A DNA stretch of 58,627 nt, filler included, from Trypethelium eluteriae (GCA_051942245.1; 4 parts of 4 records of this genome joined end to end with filler, not necessarily neighbours in it); one strand, 5' to 3'. Counted from the whole stretch's first letter, positions 36,940 to 49,635 are shown. The notes: generated from the letters alone by a model not told the origin. A program made the numbers and translations.

Positions 36940-39900
36940 ATGTCGATGTCCATCGATGAACTGGACGCTACAGTCCGGGCCTTCTACGAAGGCAGAGGCG
37001 ACACGGTATGTTGTGGAGCCAAGCCACAAACCCTTCAGTGGACCAAGACTGACTCTATGTTTTTATTAGCAAAAGCAAGCGCAGGCTACTCTTAATCAAG
37101 TACAGTATACTCCATCTCCCGGCCGGATGGACAATACTAAGCACTGCGACAGTTCAAAGAAAATCCGGACGCGTGGTTGTTAGTGGACAAGATTCTTCAA
37201 GACGCAGCTTATCCACAGACAAAGTGTATGGAAATTTATCTCTACATGGATTGGTACATTAGCTGACAGACTCATAGACCTCGGCCTTCAGGTACTTGAC
37301 CAAGTTATCAACACGCGCTGGAAGGTATTGCCCCGCGACCAATGTCAAGGTAACATACTCCGAGCCTAGGTTCCCAAGCGCCTCAACTAATGATTATAAG
37401 GCATTCGCAATTTCGTCGTCAATTTCATCATCCAGAATTCAAGTACCGAAGAGAGCTTGAAGAGTCAACATACCCTTGTCAGCAAGCTAAATCTCGTCCT
37501 TGTCAATATCTTAAAACAAGAATGGCCCCATAACTGGCCGAATTTTATCAATGAAATCATCTCATCGTGCCACAGCAGCCTACCCATCTGCGAGAACAAC
37601 ATGGCCATATTACGACTTCTATCCGAGGAAGTATTTGATTTCTCTGCCGACCAGATGACTTCGACAAAACAAAAGGAACTGAAGCAGTCCATGTGCGAAG
37701 AGTTTACCTCGATCTATCAGCTTTGTACGGAGGTTCTGCGGACTGCAGACTCTGTCAGTCTCATCAAGGCCACATTAGAGACCTTGCTTCGCTTCCTTAA
37801 CTGGATCCCACTGGGATTCATCTTCGAGACACCTCCCAGTGGCGTCAGTCTCATAGAGACATTACGGAGTAGATTTCTTGAGACCCCGGAATTCCGTAAT
37901 ATCACCCTCAAGTGCCTCACGGAAATTGCCAGTCTTCACACAGAGCCAATCTACAATGACAAGCTGGTGCAGATGTTCACTGAGGCTCTGACGACGGTAT
38001 CAAAGATAATACCTTTGTCCATGAATCTGAAGGATACCTATAATTCAAGCAACAGCAGAGACCAAGAGTTTGTACAGAATCTGGCATTGTTCCTTTGCAA
38101 CTTCTTCTCGATGCATTTGAGTGTCAGTATCGCCTAGCATGAACATTCTCGATGAAGTGATTAACTCTATGAAACTCTAGGTGATCGAAACCCTTCCAAA
38201 TCGGGATTTTCTCAGCCACGGCCACTTTTATCTGATCCGCATCAGCCAAATTGATGATAGAGAGATCTTCAAGATCTGCCTAGACTACTGGACCAAGCTT
38301 TTGAGCGAGTTATATGATGAGATGCAACAGCTCCCGATCACAGATATTAATCCTCTTCTCAATATGGGTGTCAGCGGCCTCTCCAATGGTGGTGCACCTC
38401 ACCCAAATGTGCTCGCAAACTATCCACTCAGGAAGCACAAATATGGCGAAGTATTGACGCATTTGAGACAAGTCATGATTGAGAAGATGGTCCGACCGGA
38501 AGAGGTCTTGATTGTCGAAAACGATGAGGGCGAAATTGTTCGCGAGTTCGTGAAAGAAAGCGACACGATCCAGCTATACAAGACGACTCGTGAGTGCCTC
38601 GTATTATTGACACATCTCGATGTGGTCGATACGGAACATATCATGTCGGATAAGTTGGCTAAACAAGTCGATGGCTCGGAATGGTCTTGGGCCAACTGCA
38701 ATACACTCTGCTGGGCTATTGGCTCGATTGCGGGCGCAATGAACGAGGAGACCGAAAAGCGATTCTTGGTCACTGTCATCAAGGACCTGCTCGGCCTGAC
38801 GGAGATGAAGCGAGGAAAAGACAACAAGGCTGTCGTCGCCAGCAATATCATGTACATTGTTGGCCAGTATCCCCGATTCCTCAAAGCTCACTGGAAATTT
38901 CTCAAGACTGTGGTCAACAAGCTGTTCGAATTCATGCATGAGACGCACGAAGGTAAATTTCTTCGCTCTCAGTCTCGACCACTCACGTAACAGTGACCGC
39001 TTACACATTGTTCCATTCATCAGGGGTTCAGGATATGGCTTGTGACACGTTCATCAAGATCGCCAATAAGTGCAAGCGTCACTTTGTTGCCCTCCAGCCT
39101 GGCGAAACAGAGCCTTTTATTGACGAAATTGTCCGGAACATGCGCAAGATCACCTGTGACCTCTCACCTCAGCAAGTTCATACCTTCTATGAAGCCTGCG
39201 GATACATGATCAGCGCTCAGGGTCAGAAGGGCATCCAAGAGCGTCTGATTTCAGAGCTAATGTCGCTGCCCAACGCTGCAGTAAGTAAGGAATCAAGTCT
39301 TCAGTGAGCCTATTCTAACATTTCGCAGTGGGACCAGATCATCCAGTCTGCCCAGAAGGATCCAAACATTTTGCAAGATGGCGAAACCATCAAGGTGATT
39401 GGCAACATTATGAAGACGAATGTCTCAGCATGTAGCTCCATTGGAGCCTACTTTCAGTCACAGATCGGCCGAATTTATCTTGATATGTTGACCATGTATC
39501 GCCACAGCAGCGAGCTAATCGATAACTCAGTACAACGGGAAGGTATGCAATCTTGGCCACTATTTCGCAACCCATTTTTGGCGGCCCAAGATTTGAGCAT
39601 TACTGACCGCTCCAGGAAATATTGCAACGAAGATGCCAAAGGTCCGGGGTCTGCGAACAGTGAAGAAAGAAATCCTCAAACTCGTAAATATCTACGTTGA
39701 AAAGGCCGATGATCTTGAAATGGTTCGGACCATGCTCGTACCGCAGCTACTCGAGGCAGTGTTAAATGACTACAAACGAAATGTCCCTGATGCACGAGAA
39801 GCGGAGGTGCTCAACGTGATGACGACCATTATCAATAAACTGAATGTACGTTGGAGACCTAATCTAAGCAAGCATATGGTTGGGCTCGCTTTGGAGGCGA

Positions 39901-40769
39901 CAGAACCGAAAGCTGACACCAGTGATAGGTTCAGATGGAAGATCTCATTCCAACCATCATGGAGAATGTCTTTGAATGTACCCTTGACATGATCAACAAA
40001 GATTTCTCCGAATACCCCGAGCATCGCGTGGAATTCTTCAAGCTTCTCCGGACCATTAATCTGCGATGTTTCAATGCTCTATTACAGCTCGACAATCGAC
40101 AGTTCAAATTTGTCATCGATGCCTGCATGTGGGCCAGCAAGCACGACAACCGGGACGTAGAATCGGCTGGACTCAACATGTGCCTCGAACTCATGTCAAA
40201 CATGGCAGACACTGATCCCCACACATGCAATGCCTTCTTCCAGCAGTTTTTTACGACGATATTACAGGACGTATTCTTTGTACTTACCGATTCGGACCAC
40301 AAGGCTGGCTTTAAATCTCAATCGATGCTGCTTGCCAAGATGTTCTGGTTCGTTGACTCTGGAAAACTGCAGGGCCCAATCTATCAATCCGGTCAGGCTC
40401 CAGATGGCACATCAAATAAGGATTTTCTGCGCGAATTCGTCGGAAGTCTTCTCACTAATGCTTTCCCTAATTTGCAAGCGTAAGCCTATCTTTTCTAAAA
40501 GAATTATAGACAGAACTTACTCTCGATACAGTGTTCAAATCAAGAGCTTCATCGACAGTCTATCTGCAAACAACAACGACCTGCCTCGCTTTAAGCTCAC
40601 TCTTCGAGATTTCCTTATCCAATTGAAGGAATTTTCTGGTGACAACGCCGAACTATTTGCAGAGGAGAGAGAGCAGGCGGCGACGGATGCTAAGTTGCAG
40701 GAACGCGAGCGTGCCATGAAAATTGGAGGCCTACTGAAGCCCTCCGAAATCGACGATGATGAACTGTGA
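36940..40769 (+). CDS. crm1: Exportin-1 (Crm1/Xpo1/KapK), multi-exon
   Basis: [115 protein letters not shown], and C-terminal [14 protein letters not shown]. Confidence 0.97.
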
Positions 40770-41488
40770 CTCGATGAAGACCTGCGTACGGATCGTGCCG
40801 TGCGTACACAATACTTTCAAGATGAGACGAGGTCTTCAAGCAGGGAGCATGACGACGATATGAAGGGAGAAGGGTTTGACGGGTGGCAGATTTATGGCCT
40901 ATAAGAAAAACACGAGACTTCTTTACGAAGATGAGGTTGAGCTCATTGTAGAGGAGGAGTATTTCTGAGCTGTTCAAGGAATCGGTACCTTGGCGTAGTC
41001 GTGCAGGAATAGACTTGTCACTGGTCTTTGCTACAGGCCGTGGACAAGGACGAACAGCGGGATTGTCCCTACAGAGGCGTGGATGAAGGTTGTGGACTAG
41101 GTAGAACAACGATGAAAATACCCCATTTTGCGATGTTCCTTAGGTGCCTAGGTTGTCACTGCAATCCAGCCAACTTGCTTTTTACTCTTTTAGTATCTCG
41201 GCAATCTGGCCGATCGTAGATCTTGCGGGCGCTAACTAAAGTCGAGATACCGACGTCAATGCATCTCTTTCGCTCCTCGACGCCATGCCTCCTTTGGAGT
41301 CGATGACGACCAGACCGAACACGCCACGCGACCTCCACATCCAAGTCATGGCATTCTTCATTCCACATGAACTGCCCTTGCGCGACACGATGCGCTTCTG
41401 GCCCCATTGACCATCCTCACCGTCTGTGGATATGCCGAATTCCCCAGAACCCTTGCTCCAGTCTCGTGCATCTTCGTCACGTTTCAAC

Positions 41489-43391
41489 ATGGCAAACAAA
41501 GCCGAGGATGGAAAGTCTGGCAAGAGGAAGAGAGTTTTGGTGGTTGGAGCAGGTGCAGCAGGTATGTGCGATCCTCAACGTGTGTACGGGACGAGAGCTT
41601 GAGCTGATTGAATGTGCCTACTTAGGTATGTCCTGTGCTCACCACCTGGCACAGCATCCCGACAAGTTTGACGTGACGATGATTGATGCTGTTGATTATT
41701 GCGGTGGTCAAGCTTTTTCGATACCCATCGACAAGGAAAAGTATGGCGCCAGCTGGCTCAACCAAGGTGTGCAGGGGGGATCGTATATCTTCCATCATAC
41801 TTTGACCATGTTTGCACGTCAAGGCCATCACGCAGATCCGGTCAATCTTCAAGTGGGTGTACACACAAAGTCTTCTTCATTAGTCAGTCCTCTAACAGGT
41901 CTTCAGGTCTCGTTTGGCAAAGATGAAAACTTCTGGACGAACGTATATCCTACCAGGTTGCTCGAGAAACATCAGAAGGAGGTCAAACGGTTCGCTACGA
42001 TGATTAAAACAGTACGAATGTTTGAGCTCTTCTTTGCTCTACTTCCCATCAAATATCTCATGAAGCTGTGGCGCTTCTCGTACGAATTTGCCAATTCTGT
42101 CGCCTTGCCCATGATTGCTCTCTTCCTTGGTACTGGAAATTATACTCCTGATGTTCCTAGCATGATCCTGGAGCGGTTATGTACGAGTCCAACTTATGGA
42201 ATGTGGTATCCCGTGGATAAGCAAAGTGTGGCGAGCAATTTGCCACCTATGGTGGTATTTCCTAACTTTAGTAGCTTCTACGGCGATTGGAAACGCGATC
42301 TTGAGAATCGAGGTGTCAACGTCAGGTTATCCACGGAGCTCACCGAAGTGGTCAAACGAGACAAGAACGGCGTTATCGTACGCTTGATTAAGAGAACGCC
42401 ATACAAGGACGGTCATAATCCAAATAGCGCTTGGGTTGATACAGATCCAGACAACAACGCGGATGCTGATGCCGAGGAGCATCAAGAAGAATACGATGAG
42501 CTAGTCCTCTGCGTCCTGTACGTCTCCATTACATCCTCCCTAGCTATCACCACTTACTGACCCTCGACCCCTTCCAGTGCCGACACTGCGAAACGCATCC
42601 TAGGCCGAACGTCAAGCCGACGCGAGCGCCGAGTCCTCGGCAGCGCCAAGTTCGCCGACGACATCACAGTGACTCACTCTGACAGCGACTATATGCGCAA
42701 ACACTACGAAAACTTCTATAATCCGGACCAAGCCGTCTCCTCGTTGTCCGGCAGCCCACAGACCTCGCGGCTTGAGTACGCTAAGACGTCCTTCCGGCCA
42801 ATGTACTACATCAAGATGTACCCGTCAGACCTCACCAAGATCGAGATGTGCTTTGACTGCTCCAATTATCAGGCCCAGTTCCCGCCGGAGCAGCCGTTCG
42901 ACAGCCACGTCTTCCAGACCATCTTCCTTAACAAACACCGCGATAGCAAGTTGTGGTCGCTCGATGAGATCGATGAGAGCAAGATTATACGCAAGGATTG
43001 GTGGCATCAGCTCTGTCATTCGTACACGCACTACCTCTTCGTGGTCCCCTGGATGTGGCTGTTGAACGGGAGGAAGCACACCCGATTCGCGGCATCTTGG
43101 ACACTCGTCAATGCGCATGAGGTCGCGGTCATTAGTGGGATTGCGGCCGCAGTGGACCTGGGTGCGACGTACCCAGAAGATTTAGAGCGGGATAAGTTTG
43201 CGCTGTTAGCGTTCCGTCTGTACTACTTGCTGACTTATGGGCGGTGGTACAAGAAGCGGGCGACGCCAGATGGACCGGGCAAAAACTGGGCGACGGGAAA
43301 TGAATATGGGAGTATGTACGCTGGACCCGGTGTCGTGTCGGAAGAGAGGACGACATGGAGGCAGGAGAGGGAGGCTGGGAGGTCACTCTGA
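41489..43391 (+). CDS. FAD-dependent oxidoreductase (flavin amine oxidase-like), 3 introns
   Basis: Spliced N-terminus MANKAEDGKSGKRKRVLVVGAGAAG/MSCAHHL...DAVDYCGGQAFS gives the Rossmann GxGxxG and GG motifs. C-terminal FAASWTLVNAHEVAVISGIAAAVDLGA. Confidence 0.85.
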
Positions 43392-43989
43392 TGTCGTGCA
43401 TGAGATGTTATTTAGCATTGTGGAATGTATATAGTGAAAGGAGAATGATGCTAGAATAATTTGAGGATGAATCGCAACTCATCTCTAGATAATTGCTCAC
43501 ATATGCGTGACCCGGAACACATAAAAAGAGCAATTTGTTTCTGATCAAACCGATGACTGCTACCGTCGCGAAATAGCACTTATCACAATACTACCCCCGC
43601 CTTATATCTCTCTACCTGAGAACAATCAACCCAATTCACTTTTTCTGCATGCCATTCATCGGGGGAAAAGGAGGACGCCGGGTGTGCGCAGCAACCCACT
43701 CATGTCAGCCTCGGCGTTGAGGAAGAAATCGTTAGGAAAAGGCGATAAAAAAAACTTAGTTCAGCTTGCACATCCCTCCCATCCCTACGCTTCTCCATGC
43801 ACCGAAAGTCCGCAGAGAATATGAAGGAAAAAGCAGCAATCGCAAGCCCCTTCTCCTCTCTTCCTCCAACAGTCCCCATCATCTTCCCCCACTGATACCA
43901 CCACCGCTACGACCATCCAGTTCCGATCTCCTCTCCAGCATCCTCCTAAAAATCTATCAAGTTCCCACCCCCCTGCCCCTGCCCATAGC

Positions 43990-44089
43990 NNNNNNNNNNN
44001 NNNNNNNNNNNNNNNNNNNNNNNNNNNNNNNNNTTAATTAATTAANNNNNNNNNNNNNNNNNNNNNNNNNNNNNNNNNNNNNNNNNNNN
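43990..44089. other. Artificial spacer/join (N44-TTAATTAATTAA-N44)
   Basis: Same linker as at 14616. Confidence 0.97.
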
Positions 44090-44761
44090 CCTAATTAACT
44101 AGTAAAATGAGGACCTACGTAGTAGGTTCGAGAATCTCGCGCATTGACCCTCGTGTAGAGCATAGCGAGATTACGCGGTAGGCTAGGTTGATTGGATCAA
44201 CTTCATGAAGAACATCATGAACATCATCAAATGGCTAGAACCCTATTGACGTCTGGCTCCTTAGGCTGTTCTTTTGGATGGCCACGGGCTGCTGTCGGAT
44301 TGAGGACGCCATGGGTGCAACGAACGTCTCCAGACCTTTTCGCCTTCCGACGCAGTGACTTGCGTTAACCCGTGAATCTACATACTCGGTAATCACTCAA
44401 GTGTTCATCTACTGAATGAGCTGGGGCTAAGCGGTAAAGTACATACCGTCCGCGGCAACGATGAAGCCCGGAATACCGATACCGATGCCGATGCCTAACC
44501 GTAGTTTTTTGTAGAGTGCGATCACTATGTGGCGTGGGTGCTGCTGGCTGAGATGTTTGCTCCGTTATTGGGCGCAATTACCATCTCATAGCCTGCCATG
44601 GCGTCGAAGATTTAACCTGTCAGTGTAGCGGGTGTACCCATACAATCTATTATGTGAGACTGATCACATATATCTGACGGAACTCGTAGTCTTCTGGTAT
44701 TTTATGTTGGACAGGATAGAGAGAACCGTGAAAAAAAAAAAAAGAAAAAAAAAAAGAAGAA

Positions 44762-44945
44762 AGCTCGTGCTCGGACTCGAACCGAGGTTACTGGAAGATT
44801 AATTATTTATCAAAATCCAGTGTGATAACCTCCTGTTACACGAAAGGTTAGACATGCAACCGGCATGATAGTAGGACAACGCGAGTAGACGTTGATGGAG
44901 GGTATAGAAACTAGAAAATGGGAATACGCACTACACTACACAAGC
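44762..44945 (-). tRNA. tRNA-Gln(UUG) with two intervening sequences: a 99-nt GT-AG intron in the D-arm (44833-44931) and a 13-nt canonical intron at 37/38 (44797-44809)
   Basis: Joined exons read GCTTGTG TA GTGTA|GAGGTTATCAC A CTGGA TT TTG A|T TCCAG TAAC CTCGG TTCGAGT CCGAG CACGAGC T. This is a full cloverleaf with a paired acceptor stem, followed by a long oligo-T Pol III terminator (A-run at 44731-44761 on +). Confidence 0.85.
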
Positions 44946-47900
44946 ATACTCAATCACTTTCATATTTATGCAAAATAAACTATTCAATCAAAATGGAGAT
45001 CTGTGCTTGAGAAGATTGGTTTGTCCACCGGTCAGTCATTGAGGGTCGAGTAGGTACAATCTTGATCATCAACATTAACTCAGTATGTAGAGTAGTAGTA
45101 TCGTGGCTGCCACCACCGCAGTCCACTGCGACGCCTGCTTGCCAGGCCCAGCCTCAACGATCACAAGACTCGGAGCGGAGCTACATTAGACCGATCACGT
45201 ACGTCACAGCAATGCTGGGACTGACGCGGAACTAGATTGAGGCAGACATGCCTACGGGAGTAGCTAGATTGACCTACGGTTAGCCGGGATTTTTCAGTAT
45301 AGCGCGTAAAGCAAGAAAAAGTCCAAATAGCCAGTTTGGAAGACTCAAATACAAGCTACTTGCGAATCTGTTTCGTCAGTTGTCCGATTCACAATGCTAA
45401 GACTTTTCGCAAAGGCCAAATGCTTCAACTTACGAAGATCCTATGTCTGAAATTTATGAAAGATGCTTCTTTCTTTCTCAGTCAAACTCTCAATTGCCGC
45501 TTCTCCACCAGATTCCGACTGCGGATCGTCCTTGGTCCGAAGGATTGCACCATTGACTGCTCAAAAACACCGTTCATAAGTTTAACGCGCCGACGAATAA
45601 CATGGCCTCCTCGTCTCTGCTAGCCTAGACATCTTCGTGAAGGGAAACGCACTGCGACTTAGCAATCTTCGGAAACAGATGAAAAAGGGTGGCCTGAAAC
45701 GGTGCAAGTCCGCTCGAGTTTCCCATTGCATGTATTACCATCTGCTTCCAGAGATTCCCGCTAGGCGTGCACGCTGCAATAATTTTTCGGGCTGTTATGA
45801 GCATATCATCAGGCCAGTGCATAATTCAGACTAGATCCCACTAATAGGTGAGCAATCCTAGGGAGGTAAACTCCTTGACCAGTCGGCGGAAGTCTGATGC
45901 GTGCAGAGTTCACGATCGAAAACAGGACAGCTCTATAGAGAAACTCGTGTGAATTCCTAGAGAATGCACAAATCCTCAAAATTCTGGTTGGCGATGCATC
46001 TAGTACATGGAGTAGCCGTGTGAGCAACGCGTATAAAATTTCAACGCCTCTCTGGTCGACAAACTAGGATGGGATGTGGTAATTGGGACATATGATGGCG
46101 ATCTAAATCTAACTACTCCTGAGGGATGTCCAGGAACGTGGATGGACTTCTCTTATGTAGCGACAGTGTGATAAAGCTGCGCTTATATTGTCAAAGTCAC
46201 CTCAAAACTTCGACCTCGTGCACACGCGGTTCTCCTAGATCTGGATAGAAGGTCCGCAAAGTTTTATTGCTTTCCTATCAGATGAGTTAGTTTGAACGTT
46301 CCGTGTACGACGTCCGTCGTTGCCTAATATACTCACGCTAATGAATGGGGTACCGTGGGGGCTACGGACCCAACAAATATTTCATCCGGCCCCTATGGAC
46401 ACTCCTCTACGCATGCAACTTATGATCTGCATTCTCATCAAGATACGACTAGATGCCATAGAAGCCATCCGACCAGCAGCTGCTCAAGTGACTACATAAT
46501 TCTACCCGAACGACTATGGCAGCTGCCCTCCTGGCTTGGATAGAGATGTCCATATCGCGAGTAGCTATAACGCTGTCCTACATCGGGACCGAAATCCTTG
46601 GTCTCCCTTGTTGGCTGAGGTGGATTTCCTCCGGGAGCGGTGCGGCGCAGCAAAGCATGGAAGCTACTATGATACTTGCGATCCCTTACTATGCATTGGT
46701 TGGTCTCCCTCTTATCAAGTACCTCCGAGGAGAGGCTCGAACCCTAACTACTGTGGAAACATTCCGAGAGTCATGCTGCACGGCTCTGGGCTTTGGCTTG
46801 ACATTGTGGATCACATTCATGACTGTGAGTCTCGACTTGGTCTGAAGTACAACGGAGATTAAAGAAACTATAGTATCGACAATTTTCTGAATGGTACTGG
46901 AGAAGGAGGTATTAATGCCTGCAGTGCGCGTGAGGAGGAAGTACGCTGGTGCTATGGAACCTGAATGTGGCTCAATTGTTACACACAAACGGTAGCGAAG
47001 ATGGAACCTTGGCAGTTTTTCAAGCCGGGGGGAGCTTCGTGGAACGCCGAAAGGAGAAGGTCATGTTTTCTTGGTCATGGTCATGGTGGGCCTGTGACGT
47101 GACTCGTCAAGGACTTTGGTCGTTTCGGGTAGTTGCTGAGCTTGAATCATATCGTCTTTTCTCAAATGCATGCTCGCTTGGTCGTCATTGGTGCTGCGGG
47201 TTCCCGAAACACCGCAAGCGGAAGCAATATCCCTTCCTCGCGTTTTATTTATCGCTTGGATCCCCACGAGTCCTTGACCTGGGTGCAACTTTCATGTGTG
47301 GGTGCAGAGGGGTTACCTGATCTATCCTATCTCTTTGGATCGTGCTGTCCTTTCTTCTTCACCGTCCCGTGCCAGCCTCTTTGAATCCATTCCCCATTAT
47401 GCTTATCCGAATCTTGTTTTACCTCTACATTCTGGTGGTCACGAGTGCGCTCCTCGAACTACGTAAACCCTTCCTCCAATGGTTGTTCTGGTACCCGAAT
47501 ATCTTGATCGGTTCGCTACGGCGACGGGTTGGGAGGACCCTGTTGTGGTATATCATCGCCGTGCCGTTGATGATACTCTTCGAATTGGGTCTGTCGAAGG
47601 CATCCCTTGAGACACTCACTACGGGCCGAGGCTAATTCGCACAAACATAGCAGCGTCTGTCACCACATGACATAGTTTATGCTTGGAAGCCACTACAGAA
47701 ACTGGCACAAGAGTAGCTCTTGGCATCTGGCATAGTGCAACTGCAGATCGAAGAGGGATTACGGAGAGCTGTCCGCATGTAGTTGGGGTTTGTCTCATGG
47801 TCCCATTCTCTGGCCTTGTACATTATAGAGTGCCTTCCTTAGAGTTTTCAGAAGGCACTCTGATCACATCGAATGAACTTGCATAGGGTCTTCAAGGGTT

Positions 47901-49216
47901 TTGGACAGTGGTAAATTGGATGGTGAAAGCTTATACATTAAGCTATGGAAGCGAGTATATCTATATACGTGACCAACTCACAAATCTCACTCGTATTCAC
48001 GTGATAGAATTGCCTTCTCACACATCACATGCAACATCAGTTTTGCATCCTCACTGTGGCCACCTAAGTTGCTTTGCAATTTGCTTGATATCCTATTTCT
48101 AACACCTTTCCTCAGAGGCCCAATTCAATATTGCGGTATTCTACAACGATGCCTTGAGAACGATTCAGCTACTGTATCTGCGCCATATGTTAGAAGAGCC
48201 CTTCATTCTTCCGTGAGGATATGCGTGAGATAGATCTTGAAGAAGACTGTGGGCTTCTCCGCAACCCCAATTCAATGCCTACGGCAACATTCCTCTCGGC
48301 ATTTGAGAGACTGCACGAGATTTTGACTAGTGTATGCACTTAAAGCTTCTGATGGAGAAAGGTTATCAATTCAACGCTATACCAAGAGCGAAAATTCACA
48401 CTTGGTGCTGCAGACTAGCAGTAGGTACCAGGTACGAGTACTGTACAACTCAGGACGTGCCTCAAGTCAGTTTTACAGACACAAGCGTGCCGTATCGCGG
48501 TCTTCCAGAATGTGAAGAGTGTTGGCCCTGGGCCTGGTATGTCTGGAGACTGTATCGGTCTTGTAGTCTACACAGATACTGGGATATTAGCTGTTGGAGA
48601 TACCCTAAAGCACCCTGGGATAAATACCAGCGATCCCATAGATTGCTTGTGATATATTAGTACCTCATCCTAGTAGTGGAAAGGAGGGTTCTCCGCTCGG
48701 CACATCTCAGAGCGCTTCAATGTTGAATACACGACTTTTACGCCGTAGATTACTCCTCCTCCTTCGGTCATGCTTCGCTACCTCAAAATACTCCAATTTA
48801 CTTCATTCATGCGGCACAAAGGGGAGAGGCTTACATTGAAGGTCCCTTCTTGGTCGATTGATTGCCCTAAGGGTCTTGTATGCAATTCGCTCTAGCTGCG
48901 TCCATTGCAGCAACCAGAAACAGATAGCCAGGCCGTGTGGAGCTCTGTTTATTCTATGACTTGCTCTGAACACTTTATCCTATTTTGCTAGTCTCTTTAT
49001 TGCTTTTAGGAATCACATAATTGACTCAATACCCACCGTTACAAGCACATCCAAATTATGTAGGCTTGTCACATACAGTCATTGATGCGACGACATTTCC
49101 AGCAAGAGTAAACTAGACGTATTAATTATCCGCCTTATCCTTATTGGATAGCTTGATCACCTATCTATCACTGACTACGATCCTTGCATGCAGTATTCTC
49201 TTTGGTGCTACACTTA

Positions 49217-49420
49217 TCAGATAGCATCTTCATCTGAATCACGCTTCCAGATAGCATCTTCATCCGAGCCACGCTTCCAGACAGCATCCTCGTCCAAGCC
49301 ACGTTTCCACACAGCATCTTCATCCGAACCACGCTTCCATACAGCGTCTTGGTCTGAGCCGCGCTTCCACACAGCATCTTCGACTGACGTACGTTTCCAT
49401 ACGGCGTCTTGATCCATGTT
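49217..49420 (-). repeat. 30-bp tandem coding repeat, 6 full units plus 1 truncated unit
   Basis: Repeated unit on + approximately acgcttcca(c/g/t)acagcatcttcatccga. Variation is mostly synonymous while the DA(V/I)WKR peptide is kept. Confidence 0.92.
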
Positions 49421-49635
49421 ACGCTTGTCATAGTTTTGAATGTCATTCTCGCCTGCCCGTTTGGATTTTTCAACAGGCTCATACTCGACTGATAATTCTC
49501 CGTCAACTGAACATGTCTGCAAAAATGCTTGAAAGAGTACCTGAAAGGCTTACTGGAGCGAGCGTCGATATTGACTGGTGCCGAAAGAGCGGCACCCAAG
49601 AAAGACAGGAGAATAATAAGAGCTTTTAGTTGCAT
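49217..49635 (-). CDS. Secreted Kex2-processed repeat protein (KEP); candidate RiPP (dikaritin-type) precursor, 117 aa, 1 intron
   Basis: Exons 49635-49554 and 49488-49217, intron GTAAGC...TTGAC...CAG of 65 nt. Protein: MQLKALIILLSFLGAALSAPVNIDARSIEYEPVEKSKR AGENDIQNYDKR NMDQDAVWKR TSVEDAVWKR GSDQDAVWKR GSDEDAVWKR GLDEDAVWKR GSDEDAIWKR DSDEDAI*. Confidence 0.92.

Noticed and set aside
46355..48660. Short hydrophobic ORFs (46516-46845, 47342-47635) and an ankyrin-like RALLTYGAD fragment near 48180-48200
   Set aside because: Too short or interrupted and without family support; may be relics but cannot be called.
49217..49420. 30-bp periodic repeat as a CRISPR array or non-coding minisatellite
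   Set aside because: Eukaryotic context, no unique spacers, and variation is mostly synonymous within an in-frame peptide repeat.
49217..49635. Alpha-factor-like mating pheromone precursor
   Set aside because: It lacks the XA/XP dipeptide spacers and the WC...GQPC-type mature peptide of Pezizomycotina alpha pheromones. The adjacent DUF3328 gene favours a RiPP, though a signalling role is not excluded.
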